This document shows, piece after piece, positions 36,882-46,688 of a stretch of DNA of 64,000 bases (its first letter is position 1; each line of letters starts with the position of its first letter). The notes beneath the pieces are model-generated. The model made no database searches. It was given only the letters and a program-made list of their open reading frames with translations, and was not told where the DNA came from. Made by a program: the position numbers and the translations under genes. Source of the stretch: Candidatus Giovannonibacteria bacterium. Lineage in GTDB: Bacteria > Patescibacteriota > Minisyncoccia > UBA11713 > 2-01-FULL-45-33. The stretch is from positions 411,040-475,039 of the forward strand of contig CP066687.1 in the NCBI GenBank assembly GCA_016432405.1. Reading direction: 5' to 3'.

Positions 36882-36953
36882 AGCCAACGGCCGGGATTGA
36901 ACCGGCGACCTACTCCTTACCATGGAGTTGCTCTACCGCTGAGCTACGTTGGC
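36882..36953 (-). tRNA. tRNA-Thr(GGT)
   Basis: GCCAACG/CGTTGGC stem, ATGGTAA loop, GGTTCAATCC. Confidence 0.95.
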
Positions 36954-36968
36954 CTAAAAAATAATTTT

Positions 36969-37053
36969 TGCGCAGGGCAGGATTCGAACCTGCGTAGCCC
37001 TTCCGGGCGCGCGGTTTACAGCCGCGTGCGATTGACCACTCCGCCACCTGCGC
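36969..37053 (-). tRNA. tRNA-Tyr(GTA)
   Basis: GCGCAGG/CCTGCGC stem, CTGTAAA loop, long variable arm. Confidence 0.95.
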
Positions 37054-37056
37054 CTA

Positions 37057-39738
37057 TTACGCAACTATTTTAACCTTTTTCGGCTTTTCTGGCAAAGGTG
37101 CAGACAGTTTTTGGGCGGAGATTATAAACTCGCCGTTTTTGAACTCCACCGAAGCTACGTCTCCTTCCTTGATTTCTTTGGAGATAATTTTCTCCGCCAA
37201 GGGATTTAAAATCCTGTTTTGAATAAGGCGGCGCAGCGGCCGCGCGCCGTAATTTGGGTCGTAACCCTCTTTGGCCAGCGCGTCCTCGGCGGACTTCTGC
37301 ACCAAAATCTCAATGCCCCTGCCGCTTACGCGCCGGGCGAGCTTCATAATCTGTATTTTGGCGATTTGCTTCAGCATCTCCGGCGTCAGGGAATTAAATA
37401 TGATTATCTCGTCCAAGCGGTTTAAAAATTCCGGACGGAAATGGTTCTCCAGCGCGCGCTGGATTTTGGTTTTAAGCTCGTCTCCACGCTTGGCGGCTTT
37501 CCTGTCGCTCTCCGAAACAAACCCCAAACTCCCCATCTCGCGGATAAATTCCCCGCCTATATTGGAGGTCATGATTATAACCGTGTTTTTAAAATTTACG
37601 TGCCTTCCTTTGGCGTCGGTGAGGGTGCCGTTGTCCAAGATCTGGAGCATTATGTTGAATACCTCCGGATGCGCTTTTTCAATCTCGTCAAAAAGCAAAA
37701 CGGCGTAAGGCCTGTGGCGGATGGCTTCAGTAAGATGTCCGCTTTCTTCATAGCCGACGTATCCCGGCGGCGAGCCGATGAATTTGGAGACGGCGTGCCG
37801 CTCCATGTATTCCGACATATCCACCCGCACCAGCGCTTTTTCATCGTTGAAAAGAAACTCAGCCAAGGCCAGAGCCAGCTCGGTTTTTCCAACCCCCGTC
37901 GGCCCCAAAAACATGAATGATCCTATGGGCCGCTTCTCGTCCGCGATGCCGGCGCGCGAGCGGCGGATGGCCTGGGACACTTTTTCAATAACCTCTTCCT
38001 GGCCCACAACGCGCTTTTTAAGCTCGCCCTCCATTCTCAAAAGTTTTTTGGCTTCGGATTCAAGCATCCGGCGCACGGGTACGCCCGTCCATTTTGAAAC
38101 AATGTCGGCAATGTCCTCTTCAATGATTTCTTCGCGCAAAATGCGTTTTGACCCCTGCAGTTTCCGGAGCTTGCCCTCTTCGGCAAACAGCTTTTTTTGG
38201 AGTTCCGGAACGCGTCCGTAGCGGATTTCGGCGACTTTCGCCAAATCTCCCTTCCGCTCCGCCGCCTCCGATTCCTGGCGCAAAACGTCCAAATCCTTTT
38301 TCAGCTGGCGGATGGAATCTATGGTTTCCTTCTCATGCTTCCAGCGGAGCTCCAGCCCGCCGGTTTTTTCCTTAAGCTCTCCGAGCTGTTTGTGTATTTT
38401 TCTCACTTTTTGCTTATTGTCCGCGACATTTTCTTCCTTTTTCAGCGCCTCCTTTTCAATCTCCAGCCGCATCGTTTCCCTCCTGGTTTCCTCCAGTTCG
38501 TTCGGCATGCTGTCCATCTGAAGGCGCAAGGAAGAGGCGGCTTCGTCTATAAGGTCAATGGCTTTGTCCGGCAGAAAGCGGTCGGTGATGTAGCGCGCGG
38601 AAAGATTTACTGCCGCGGTTATCGCCGCATCGGTAATTTTTATGCCGTGGTGCAGCTCGTACTTGCTTTTGATGCCGCGAAGAATTGAAATCGTGTCCTC
38701 GGTTGAGGGCTCCTCCACGTAAACCGGCTGGAAACGTCTGGCCAGCGCCGCGTCCTTTTCTATATATTTCTGGTATTCCTTTAAAGTCGTGGCGCCGATC
38801 GCGTGCAGCTCTCCGCGCGCCAAAGCGGGTTTTAACATATTGGACGCGTCCATAGACCCCTCGGCGGCTCCGGCGCCCACAAGCGTATGGAGTTCGTCTA
38901 TGAATAATATGAATTTGCCGGAGGCGCGCTCCAACTCTTTCATTACCGCCTTTAAACGTTCCTCAAATTCTCCCCTGTATTTCGTCCCGGCCACCAAAGC
39001 GCCCAAATCAAGTGAAATCAATTCCCTGTCTTTCAGGCCTTCCGGAACGTCTCCGGAGGCGATGCGCAGAGCCAAGCCCTCAACGATAGCGGTTTTTCCC
39101 ACGCCGGCCTCGCCTATCAAAACCGGATTGTTTTTCGTCCGGCGGGAAAGCACCTGCATCACCCGCCTGATTTCGCCGTCCCGGCCGATAACCGGGTCAA
39201 GCTTGTCTTCGCGCGCGAGACGGGTCAGATTTCTGGCGTATCTTTCAAGCGCGCGGTATTTGTGTTCCGGCTCGGCGTCCGTAACCCTCTGGGTTCCGCG
39301 TATGTCGGCAAGCGCCCGCAAAACCATTTCGCGGTTTAAAGAAAATCTGGAAAGCAAATCTTTCGCGCGCGACGGCGCTTCCAAAATACCCAAAAACAGG
39401 TGCTCGGTTGAAATGAATTCGTCTTTTAAAAAGATAGCCGACTTGTGGGCTTCTTCCAAAATTCTGGCCAGCTCCGGCGTCAAATAAATCTGGTGCGCCG
39501 GGGAAAGCACGCTGGAGCGGATGGGGCTCTCAAGCTCGCCCATCATCAAATCCAAAAGGCCGGCGTGGTCTATTTCCAATTTGTCCAGCAAAGACGGCAC
39601 GACGCCTTCTTCCTGCAAAATCAGCGCGGCCAAAAGGTGCGAGCCGTCTATCTGGCTGGACCCGCGCTCTATCGCCAGCTCATGCGCCTTTTTCAAGGCC
39701 TCCTGCGCCTTTATCGTAAATTGTCCTAATGGAGGCAT
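37057..39738 (-). CDS. clpB: Chaperone ClpB
   Basis: Two AAA+ modules ([16 protein letters not shown]), long middle coiled coil, GARPL. Confidence 0.96.
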   Translation of the reverse strand: MPPLGQFTIKAQEALKKAHELAIERGSSQIDGSHLLAALILQEEGVVPSLLDKLEIDHAGLLDLMMGELESPIRSSVLSPAHQIYLTPELARILEEAHKSAIFLKDEFISTEHLFLGILEAPSRAKDLLSRFSLNREMVLRALADIRGTQRVTDAEPEHKYRALERYARNLTRLAREDKLDPVIGRDGEIRRVMQVLSRRTKNNPVLIGEAGVGKTAIVEGLALRIASGDVPEGLKDRELISLDLGALVAGTKYRGEFEERLKAVMKELERASGKFILFIDELHTLVGAGAAEGSMDASNMLKPALARGELHAIGATTLKEYQKYIEKDAALARRFQPVYVEEPSTEDTISILRGIKSKYELHHGIKITDAAITAAVNLSARYITDRFLPDKAIDLIDEAASSLRLQMDSMPNELEETRRETMRLEIEKEALKKEENVADNKQKVRKIHKQLGELKEKTGGLELRWKHEKETIDSIRQLKKDLDVLRQESEAAERKGDLAKVAEIRYGRVPELQKKLFAEEGKLRKLQGSKRILREEIIEEDIADIVSKWTGVPVRRMLESEAKKLLRMEGELKKRVVGQEEVIEKVSQAIRRSRAGIADEKRPIGSFMFLGPTGVGKTELALALAEFLFNDEKALVRVDMSEYMERHAVSKFIGSPPGYVGYEESGHLTEAIRHRPYAVLLFDEIEKAHPEVFNIMLQILDNGTLTDAKGRHVNFKNTVIIMTSNIGGEFIREMGSLGFVSESDRKAAKRGDELKTKIQRALENHFRPEFLNRLDEIIIFNSLTPEMLKQIAKIQIMKLARRVSGRGIEILVQKSAEDALAKEGYDPNYGARPLRRLIQNRILNPLAEKIISKEIKEGDVASVEFKNGEFIISAQKLSAPLPEKPKKVKIVA

Positions 39739-39803
39739 TGTTTTTTTATTAACTCTATGCTAGCATAAAAATCAGAGTAAATCAAACCTTAAGGAGGTGT
39801 ACT

Positions 39804-40115
39804 ATGCTACCAGAAGTGAAATGTGAGGTCGCGAAAGAAGAATGCGATTTTGTATGGCTGAATGCAGAGGCATGTGGGCCAGTTGATCCTATGTGTCATT
39901 CTAAGTCGTTGGTAATCCTGGCATACGAGCACTATGAGGACCATCGTTGCTTTTCGCATGCGGCATATGATTTAGCAGAGACCCTCTGCAAACAAATCGG
40001 TATTCCGAGAACCGACGTACCCACAAAAGCTTTCAAGTCGCTACGTTTCTTTTTCGCGGCGTATATTTTAAAAAAACTTCATCCACTAGCAATAAAAACA
40101 CCGCGCGCCTCATAA
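39804..40115 (+). CDS. Hypothetical orphan protein
   Basis: Strong AAGGAGGTG SD; terminator aggctta..taagcc-T7 at ~40130-40160. Confidence 0.6.
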   Translation: MLPEVKCEVAKEECDFVWLNAEACGPVDPMCHSKSLVILAYEHYEDHRCFSHAAYDLAETLCKQIGIPRTDVPTKAFKSLRFFFAAYILKKLHPLAIKTPRAS

Positions 40116-40190
40116 TTATTCTCACCACAGGCTTACCAAGTTTGATAAGCCCTTTTTTTATTTTTATCTACGCCATGATACTTTTTATAT

Positions 40191-40472
40191 TTATTTCTTA
40201 TACAGTCGTTTGTAAATCTCATCGCGATGTTCAACAAAATATAAAACTATCTCTTTCTTCTCATGGTTTACCCAAAAGAAAACACGCCAGTCGCCAACGC
40301 GTGTTTTATGAAGGCCAATTAAATCTTTCGGCAGCCCGCCCATTGGCCTTGGTATCAAAGCAGGATTTTCTGCCAGCCGATCGAGTTTTTCTATAACCCG
40401 CCTGGAGATATTGTTATCAAGTTTATCAAGGCTCTTATCAAAAGTCGGAAGAGGCCTAAGGTTATATGCCAT
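40191..40472 (-). CDS. RelE/ParE-family toxin
   Basis: KTRVGDWRVFF..VEHRDEIYK. Confidence 0.88.
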   Translation of the reverse strand: MAYNLRPLPTFDKSLDKLDNNISRRVIEKLDRLAENPALIPRPMGGLPKDLIGLHKTRVGDWRVFFWVNHEKKEIVLYFVEHRDEIYKRLYKK

Positions 40473-40671
40473 ATCTCGATCTGACTTTCTCCCAATCAAG
40501 AAATTGGCCCTTTTTATGTTCATGGCGCGCCTTGCGAGCTTGGGCGATAAAGTTCTTATTTCGGCTCAACATATAATTCTCGAGTTCGTCTTGGGCTCGC
40601 TCAAAATGCTCGGTGGCTTTAACTAAGTCATCAAAAACTTTTTTAGGCAATGTTATAGTCGTTCCATTCAT
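40462..40671 (-). CDS. Putative antitoxin
   Basis: 69-aa ORF upstream of and overlapping the toxin. Confidence 0.7.
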   Translation of the reverse strand: MNGTTITLPKKVFDDLVKATEHFERAQDELENYMLSRNKNFIAQARKARHEHKKGQFLDWEKVRSRYGI

Positions 40672-40709
40672 ATTATAAAATTAGCACGGAAGAATGAGAA
40701 AATCAAGTT

Positions 40710-41042
40710 TTATGCCCCAAGCCGGACGGCGTAAGCGAATTGCAGGAAGTATTTTTCCAAATCCTCAAGCGAACTTTTGTATTCCGCTCCGCCGGAAATT
40801 GCATCGCAAAAAACTTCCCTGGCCCGTGCGATTTCCAAAAGTCGGCCGCGCCAGCGCTTGTCTTCAAGCGTCAGGTCAAAAAGCTCAAGCGCCCGCTCCA
40901 CAGCGCCGTCATACAATTTTTTATCTTTTGCCCGCCAACTTGCAGCACGCGACACCTCGCTGCCGATATTTCCCATCTGCTCCTTAAGCGAGAGCCGCGA
41001 CCATCCTCCGTTCGCGAGTTCTTTGTGCGTAAATTTCCTCAC
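40710..41042 (-). CDS. Conserved hypothetical protein
   Basis: LSLKEQMGNIGSEVSRA..EIARARE; coupled to the upstream gene. Confidence 0.75.
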   Translation of the reverse strand: MRKFTHKELANGGWSRLSLKEQMGNIGSEVSRAASWRAKDKKLYDGAVERALELFDLTLEDKRWRGRLLEIARAREVFCDAISGGAEYKSSLEDLEKYFLQFAYAVRLGA

Positions 41043-41389
41043 GGCTTTACCAATCTGCGCACAATCGCCTTAATTTGCTCTCTGATAGCCGGGCTTTCAA
41101 TCCCGCGAGAACGGTTCCCAAAAGCCGGCTTTATGTTAACCATTGAATCAAACTCAATAAACTCATCGCCGGATTTTTCAGTGTATAAATTTACCCCCCA
41201 CGTATTTTCGCGGCTTGAACCTTCGCGCTCAACAAGCAAGGCCTCTTCGTCCGCGTGCAATTCGCCGCCAACCGCCATTATTCCTTGTTTAATGTCCACT
41301 ACCGCTTTTACAAAATTCCCGAACCCAGCTTTGGCGACTGCTTGAAATTCATTTTTGCCTGTTGGCTCTTTAATTATCTTTACATCCAT
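41039..41389 (-). CDS. DUF5674-like protein
   Basis: VKAVVD, GGELHADEE, WGVNLY, IEFDSMVNIKP..NRSRGI. Confidence 0.75.
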   Translation of the reverse strand: MDVKIIKEPTGKNEFQAVAKAGFGNFVKAVVDIKQGIMAVGGELHADEEALLVEREGSSRENTWGVNLYTEKSGDEFIEFDSMVNIKPAFGNRSRGIESPAIREQIKAIVRRLVKP

Positions 41390-41413
41390 AATTTTAATCC
41401 GTAAACAATAAAC

Positions 41414-42664
41414 TCAAAAATTCTTGCGCTCTTCAAGAGTCAGCTCCAGTTTTATTTCGCGTCCGTCGCGCAAAATTTTGATTGTGACTTTATCGCCGAC
41501 GCTGTGAAGCTGAATAAGCTTGTTCAAAGGATTATCTATATTTACTTTAATCCCGCCGAATTCCAGAATAATGTCGCTCTCCTTTATCCCTGCCTTGGAC
41601 GCCGGCGAATTTAAAAGCACTGCATCCTCGCCCCCCGCGCCTTGGGTAATCAGCGCGCCATAATCAACGGACAATTTATTTTTCTCCTTAAGCTGGGGCG
41701 TAACAAGCACGTATCTCACGCCGACGTACGGATTTACTATCCTGCCTTTTGTCTGGACGTCGCGGAGCGCGCGCTTGATTTGGTTTATGGGAATCGCAAA
41801 CCCCACATTTTCCGCGTTTTGGGCTTTGGCCGTGTTTAAACCGATCGCCCCGCCTCTTAAATTCAAAAGCGGCCCGCCGGAATTGCCCAGATTGATTGCG
41901 GCATCCGTTTGAATCAACTGCGAAAGTTCCTCCGGCCCGGAAAGCGCGCCGGAAGCGATAATTGTCCGGCGGAGCCCGGAGATTACGCCTATGGAAACCG
42001 TGTTTTGAAATTCCCCCAGAGCGTTCCCGATGGCTATCGCCGTCTGGCCTATCCGCAAAGATTCGGAATCGCCCAAATCAATGGGGACATACGTTCCGTC
42101 CACCTTAAGTACGGCTGCGTCGTTCAAAACGTCGCGCGCCAAAACTTTCGCTTTTAACTTTCTCCCGTCGTTCATGATAACCGAATATTCCGCTTCGGCG
42201 TCTTCAACAACATGCCTGTTGGTCAGGATATATCCGTCAGAAGAAACAAAAAATCCGCTGCCGGAGGAAACCTGTCGCCTCTCCGTGCCGCGCTGGCGGT
42301 ACTGCGGTATCCTGATGTCGCCGAAAAAATCGTCGTTCGGAAACGGATTTATAAAATACTGCTCAATTACCGGTATATCCTTTGCGGCAACAATGCTCAC
42401 CACCGACGGAGAGACCCTTTGCACGATGTCTTCAATTAAAACATCTCTGGCCATGGCGTTCGCCTCCAGTTCTTTTTTCTCGTCTTTCTTTAAGGGCTCC
42501 GGCAAAGAGCCGATGGTTTTTTCAATGACGCGCTGGACGGTCTGGGTGATGGGCTGCGGCGCCTGGTTAAGCAAGGTCACGGCAACAATGCCTGTAACCA
42601 AAGCGGTCACGAAGCTTACCAAAAGCACCAAAAGGACAAGCTGCTGTTTAGACATGTCGTTCAT
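41414..42664 (-). CDS. HtrA/DegP serine protease with PDZ domain
   Basis: GSGF, LTNRHVV, IQTDAAINLGNSGGPL, PDZ. Confidence 0.93.
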   Translation of the reverse strand: MNDMSKQQLVLLVLLVSFVTALVTGIVAVTLLNQAPQPITQTVQRVIEKTIGSLPEPLKKDEKKELEANAMARDVLIEDIVQRVSPSVVSIVAAKDIPVIEQYFINPFPNDDFFGDIRIPQYRQRGTERRQVSSGSGFFVSSDGYILTNRHVVEDAEAEYSVIMNDGRKLKAKVLARDVLNDAAVLKVDGTYVPIDLGDSESLRIGQTAIAIGNALGEFQNTVSIGVISGLRRTIIASGALSGPEELSQLIQTDAAINLGNSGGPLLNLRGGAIGLNTAKAQNAENVGFAIPINQIKRALRDVQTKGRIVNPYVGVRYVLVTPQLKEKNKLSVDYGALITQGAGGEDAVLLNSPASKAGIKESDIILEFGGIKVNIDNPLNKLIQLHSVGDKVTIKILRDGREIKLELTLEERKNF

Positions 42665-42673
42665 AGATTTATT

Positions 42674-42898
42674 TTAGTCAACTGCCTCCACTTTTTCAAC
42701 TCCTCTCACCTTTTCTTTAAGCAACGCTTCAATGCCGGTTTTGAGCGTAAGATTTGAAAGCGGGCATCCCTTGCATGTGCCCTGAAATCGCACCGAAACC
42801 ACACCATTTTCAAAACCGACAAAATCCAAAGACCCCAAATGCAATTTCAGCATCGGCTTTATCTCTTTTTCCAAAATTTCCTTGATTTCCGCCTCCAT
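42674..42898 (-). CDS. NifU C-terminal (Nfu) Fe-S carrier
   Basis: IKPML..H..GTCKGCPLS..TLK. Confidence 0.88.
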   Translation of the reverse strand: MEAEIKEILEKEIKPMLKLHLGSLDFVGFENGVVSVRFQGTCKGCPLSNLTLKTGIEALLKEKVRGVEKVEAVD

Positions 42899-43500
42899 TA
42901 TTTTTTCAAAAAAAACAGGCTGTATTCCGAAATTCGCATGTCTACGTATTTCCAGTCAATGTTTTTGAAAAACGCCTCAATGTATGCCTTGCGGCCCGTG
43001 GCGTAGTCAATAAAATACGCATGCTCGTAGACGTCCATGATAAGCAGCGCGAGCATGTTCCACGGAGCGCCTTGATTGTGCGAATCGCAAAGGATGTTTT
43101 TTAATTTTTTCTCGTCCAAATCATACCCCAAAACAACCCAGCCGCGCGCGCATAGCCCCATCGCCTTAAATTCTTTCTCCCAATTTTCATAAGAGCCGAA
43201 ATCACGCTCTAACATTTCCCTAATTTTACCGGAGGGAAGATTGCCCGCACTCACCATGTTATCAAAATATCCCTCGTGCAATTTTACGCCGTTTAGCGCG
43301 AAAGTTTCCTCCATTTTTAGTTCCCTAAGTTCGGAGTAGGTCGCATTTGCCGACGAGATATCGACGCTTTTTAATTTTTCTTCAATCTCCCCTATTTTTT
43401 TGACGTATCCGGCGTAGAGCACGTCGTGGTGCTCACGCAACTGCTTCTCCGAAAGCCCGTCTAACTCGGTGTATTTTAATTTTTTTATTTCTCGTGCCAT
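42898..43500 (-). CDS. Fe/Mn superoxide dismutase family protein
   Basis: HHDVLYAGYV, LHEGYF, DFGS, GWVVL, DVYEHAY. Confidence 0.9.
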   Translation of the reverse strand: MAREIKKLKYTELDGLSEKQLREHHDVLYAGYVKKIGEIEEKLKSVDISSANATYSELRELKMEETFALNGVKLHEGYFDNMVSAGNLPSGKIREMLERDFGSYENWEKEFKAMGLCARGWVVLGYDLDEKKLKNILCDSHNQGAPWNMLALLIMDVYEHAYFIDYATGRKAYIEAFFKNIDWKYVDMRISEYSLFFLKK

Positions 43501-43510
43501 AAATTTATAA

Positions 43511-43738
43511 TTATTCCGGATAAATTTTGTTTCCATCCTTGTCATAAAGCGAAATCGCGCGCGTGGGGCAGGACTGCGCCGCCAAAAGAATGGTCTCATC
43601 GTCCGCGCCTTCTGAATTAACCACATAGGCCTTGTTTTCATTATCCAGCGCGAAGACCCCGGGGGCAATGGCCACGCAGCTTGCCGCACCAATGCAAAGC
43701 TCCCGGTCAACATAAATTTTCGCGATTTTTTTATCCAT
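43511..43738 (-). CDS. Ferredoxin (3Fe-4S/4Fe-4S)
   Basis: CIGAASC..AP..F..SCPTRAI. Confidence 0.9.
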   Translation of the reverse strand: MDKKIAKIYVDRELCIGAASCVAIAPGVFALDNENKAYVVNSEGADDETILLAAQSCPTRAISLYDKDGNKIYPE

Positions 43739-44378
43739 AATATTTATCCTTGTAAAATCTAACCAACTGCTCAACTTCGGTGATGATTTCCGGAGAGCCG
43801 ATGCCGACTTTCAACTTTTTCTGGACGTCTTCAAGATTTTGCGCGCCCTCCAGAACCGCTTCCTCTATATCTTTGTCCGTGATATTTAACCGCGCGTCAA
43901 TCACCCGCGCGCCTTCCACGATAATTTTATCATATTGGCCGATTTTTCTGAAATAATCGTTGGCGGTTTTTTGGAACGCCTTGTCCGCCAAAACCGAGCA
44001 GTGGATTTTGCGGTTTGGAAGCCCTCCCAATCTTTTCATCACATCCTGCGGGCGGACTTTGAGCGCCTCGTCAATCGGCAAGCCGCCGTTTTCAGTAACC
44101 ATCACCGAAAACATTGAGGTCGCGGCGATCGCCGAGGCACACCCGAATGTTTTCCATTTTAAATCTTGAACGCGCGCCGTCGCCGGATCAATCTTCATCC
44201 ACATCTCCATCATATCCCCGCAAGCCGGGCTTCCCACCATCCCATGCGCGTCGTATTCATTTTCATCTTTCGGCCGTTCCCAAAGCAAATTCCTTGGATG
44301 AAAAAAATGCTCTTTTACGATATCCGTGTAATACCACTTCTCCCCGGTGTATTGATTGATAACGTCTATGTCTTTCAT
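43731..44378 (-). CDS. IscU/NifU N-terminal scaffold with BFD-like C-terminal domain
   Basis: GSPACGD, TFGCASAIA, KIHCSVL. Confidence 0.9.
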   Translation of the reverse strand: MKDIDVINQYTGEKWYYTDIVKEHFFHPRNLLWERPKDENEYDAHGMVGSPACGDMMEMWMKIDPATARVQDLKWKTFGCASAIAATSMFSVMVTENGGLPIDEALKVRPQDVMKRLGGLPNRKIHCSVLADKAFQKTANDYFRKIGQYDKIIVEGARVIDARLNITDKDIEEAVLEGAQNLEDVQKKLKVGIGSPEIITEVEQLVRFYKDKYYG

Positions 44379-45709
44379 TTGTAACTTTGCGATTTCGCTT
44401 TAACTTTTAAATTTTCTCCCGCGAATGCCTCGGGGTGGCTCATTGATTTGGCGCCGAGTTTAAGATTTAACGGAGAAACCTTGCGGAGCCATTCCACCGC
44501 GCTCGGAAGCTCGCTTAAAACATAATCCACCTCCTCTTTTGTTGTCCCGCGGCCCATTGTAAAACGCATAGACGCGTGCGCGAATTCGTAGGGCTTGCCC
44601 AAAGCCAAAATAACGTGCGACGGCTCCAGCGACTCCGAAGTGCAAGCCGAGCCGGTTGAAAAAGAAATTCCCTTCGCGTCCAGATAAAGCACCAGCGCCT
44701 CGCCTTCAATATCCAAAATGGAAACATTTATATTGTTTGGGAGCCGCTTCGTCGGATGTCCGTTTAAGATAACTTTTGGAACGCGCTTTTGAAGTTCTGC
44801 AATAAAATAGTCGCGAAGCGGCGTCAGGCGCGCCGACTCGGCAAACCGCTCGGCTTGAGCAATCTCCAGCGCCTTGGCCAAACCGACAATCAAAGCCACC
44901 GGTTCCGTGCCGGAGCGCATCCGCATCTCCTGCCCACCGCCGATAATCTGCGGTTTTATTTTTACTCCCATTTTGCGGTATAAAAATCCAATTCCTTTCG
45001 GCCCGTAAATCTTTGAGCCGTTCACCGTCATCAAATCAACACCCAATCCGCCAGCTGGCGGATTCACGTTCAAATCCAAATACCCCGCCGCCTGGCAGGC
45101 GTCGGTATGGAAATAGGGATAAGCTGATTTATTTTGTGCCCTAAATTCTCTAATAATATTCCCGATCTCCGCGATCGGCTGGACTGTGCCGATTTCGTTA
45201 TTGGCGTACATTATGGAAACCAAAATCGTTTCTGGCCGCAAAGAACGTTTGACGTTCTCCGGTTTTACAATCCCGTCTTCACCGACATCCAAAAAGGTTA
45301 CGTCAAAATTTTCTTTCGCTAATTGCTGGCATGGCTCCAAAACCGCGTGATGCTCAAATTTTGTGGTTATGATGTGTGGTTTTATCGCGCCGCTCGGGAA
45401 AAAACCAGGTTTTTTTGCAGATTCAAAACCTGGTTTTGAGGAGAGCGGCGCGGCCCCAAAAGCAACCCCGAAAATCGCGAGATTATCCGACTCGGTCCCG
45501 CCGGAGGTAAAAATAATCTCCTCCGGCCGCGCGCCGATTATTCTCGCAATTGTTTCGCGAGATTTTACTAAAGCATTTTTCGCAAGGCGGCCCTCTTCAT
45601 AAAGCCCCCCGGCGTTGCCGAACTCTTCCGTCCAAAAAGAATTCATCGCTTCCTTAACGCGCTGGTCCGTTGGAGTCGTCGCAGCATGGTCTAAATACAC
45701 TCTACGCAT
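44375..45709 (-). CDS. iscS: Cysteine desulfurase IscS/NifS
   Basis: YLDHAATTP, FTSGGTE, NNEIG, HTDACQ, KIYGPKG, STGSAC; two in-frame palindromic inserts. Confidence 0.94.
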   Translation of the reverse strand: MRRVYLDHAATTPTDQRVKEAMNSFWTEEFGNAGGLYEEGRLAKNALVKSRETIARIIGARPEEIIFTSGGTESDNLAIFGVAFGAAPLSSKPGFESAKKPGFFPSGAIKPHIITTKFEHHAVLEPCQQLAKENFDVTFLDVGEDGIVKPENVKRSLRPETILVSIMYANNEIGTVQPIAEIGNIIREFRAQNKSAYPYFHTDACQAAGYLDLNVNPPAGGLGVDLMTVNGSKIYGPKGIGFLYRKMGVKIKPQIIGGGQEMRMRSGTEPVALIVGLAKALEIAQAERFAESARLTPLRDYFIAELQKRVPKVILNGHPTKRLPNNINVSILDIEGEALVLYLDAKGISFSTGSACTSESLEPSHVILALGKPYEFAHASMRFTMGRGTTKEEVDYVLSELPSAVEWLRKVSPLNLKLGAKSMSHPEAFAGENLKVKAKSQSYK

Positions 45710-45721
45710 AATTTTTAATTT

Positions 45722-46003
45722 TCAATTTCTAATTTTTAATCTAGTAATCGGGCAAATATTGTAAGGCCTTTCAAAAAAATTAATCAGCTCCGAAACCTGC
45801 AAATCTTTTTTAATCAATCTATATCCGCCGCCGATGCCCCGGCGCGCCTCAAGCCACCCCGCACGCCGAAGTTCCTGCGCCACCTTTTCCATATAAGCGG
45901 TAGGTAAGCCGTGTTCTTTTGCTACGCTTTTCGCGTCCAAATAAGCCCCATCCGCAACTTTCAGGCGCTCAATCAAAATAACCCCGTAATCAAACTTTTT
46001 CAT
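45722..46003 (-). CDS. Rrf2-family regulator (short)
   Basis: DYG..L, YMEKV..LRRAG, RRGIGGGYRL; heads the Fe-S operon. Confidence 0.82.
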   Translation of the reverse strand: MKKFDYGVILIERLKVADGAYLDAKSVAKEHGLPTAYMEKVAQELRRAGWLEARRGIGGGYRLIKKDLQVSELINFFERPYNICPITRLKIRN

Positions 46004-46004
46004 A

Positions 46005-46027
46005 AATCGGACACTTATAGTCCGATT
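46005..46027. promoter_or_regulatory. Candidate Rrf2 operator (inverted repeat)
   Basis: aatcggac-N7-gtccgatt immediately upstream of the rrf2 ATG. Confidence 0.55.
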
Positions 46028-46121
46028 ATAATCCACACTAAAAGCCATGCAATATTGACAAACGCTAATTAAAACTATATTCTAAATATTAGAATAAGAT
46101 TTGTGAAGGAGGGCTCAATCA

Positions 46122-46253
46122 ATGGCTATTGAAGAATTTGGAGATTGGATGACCGATCATATCTTATTGATATCCTTCCTGGGGCTTATAGCATGGATAC
46201 TGCTAATAGTAGGCGGGATATGGGTGTATCACTCATTCACTTATTTTTTTTAA
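46122..46253 (+). CDS. 43-aa small membrane protein (not in ORF track)
   Basis: TTGACA(46055)-17-TATTCT, AAGGAGGG SD, MAIEEFGDWMTDHILLISFLGLIAWILLIVGGIWVYHSFTYFF, downstream hairpin and T run. Confidence 0.65.
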   Translation: MAIEEFGDWMTDHILLISFLGLIAWILLIVGGIWVYHSFTYFF

Positions 46254-46343
46254 AGCCGATATTTCGGCGGCGGACCCTAGACGGAGCACCGCCTATTTTT
46301 TTACTTGTGATTCTACAATTCGCGCGAATCGTAGAGTAATAGA

Positions 46344-46613
46344 TTAAAATATTCTTCGCAAAATTTCTTTTACTTTCGGGTGGGAACTCAAATCAATTTT
46401 GTACCACACTCTCCCATTCTTGCCGGAGCTTTCAAGAAATCCGAGGTTGTCCAGCGAAATTAGGTGCTTTGAAGTCGCTTTCAATGATATCCCAATCTCG
46501 TCTTTAATCTCTGAAACCGTCCGTTCCTTGCCGTCAAAAAGAAACTTTAAAATCTTAATCCGGCCTTCATTCCCCAACGCCTTGAAAATCTTAACCCAAG
46601 TTTTTATATTCAT
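46344..46613 (-). CDS. ArsR/SmtB-family wHTH protein
   Basis: FKALGNEGRIKIL, TVSEI, SKHL..L..LGFL; flanked by a 20-bp palindromic direct repeat at 46312 and 46647. Confidence 0.88.
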   Translation of the reverse strand: MNIKTWVKIFKALGNEGRIKILKFLFDGKERTVSEIKDEIGISLKATSKHLISLDNLGFLESSGKNGRVWYKIDLSSHPKVKEILRRIF

Positions 46614-46688
46614 ATTTTTATATGAAACATAGCACTTTATTATCTGTCTACAATTCGCGCGAATCGGCGGCTCAATATATATCCGATC

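Noticed and set aside
39757-39768. CIRCE element upstream of clpB
   Set aside because: Only a short tatgctagcata palindrome; it does not match TTAGCACTC-N9-GAGTGCTAA.
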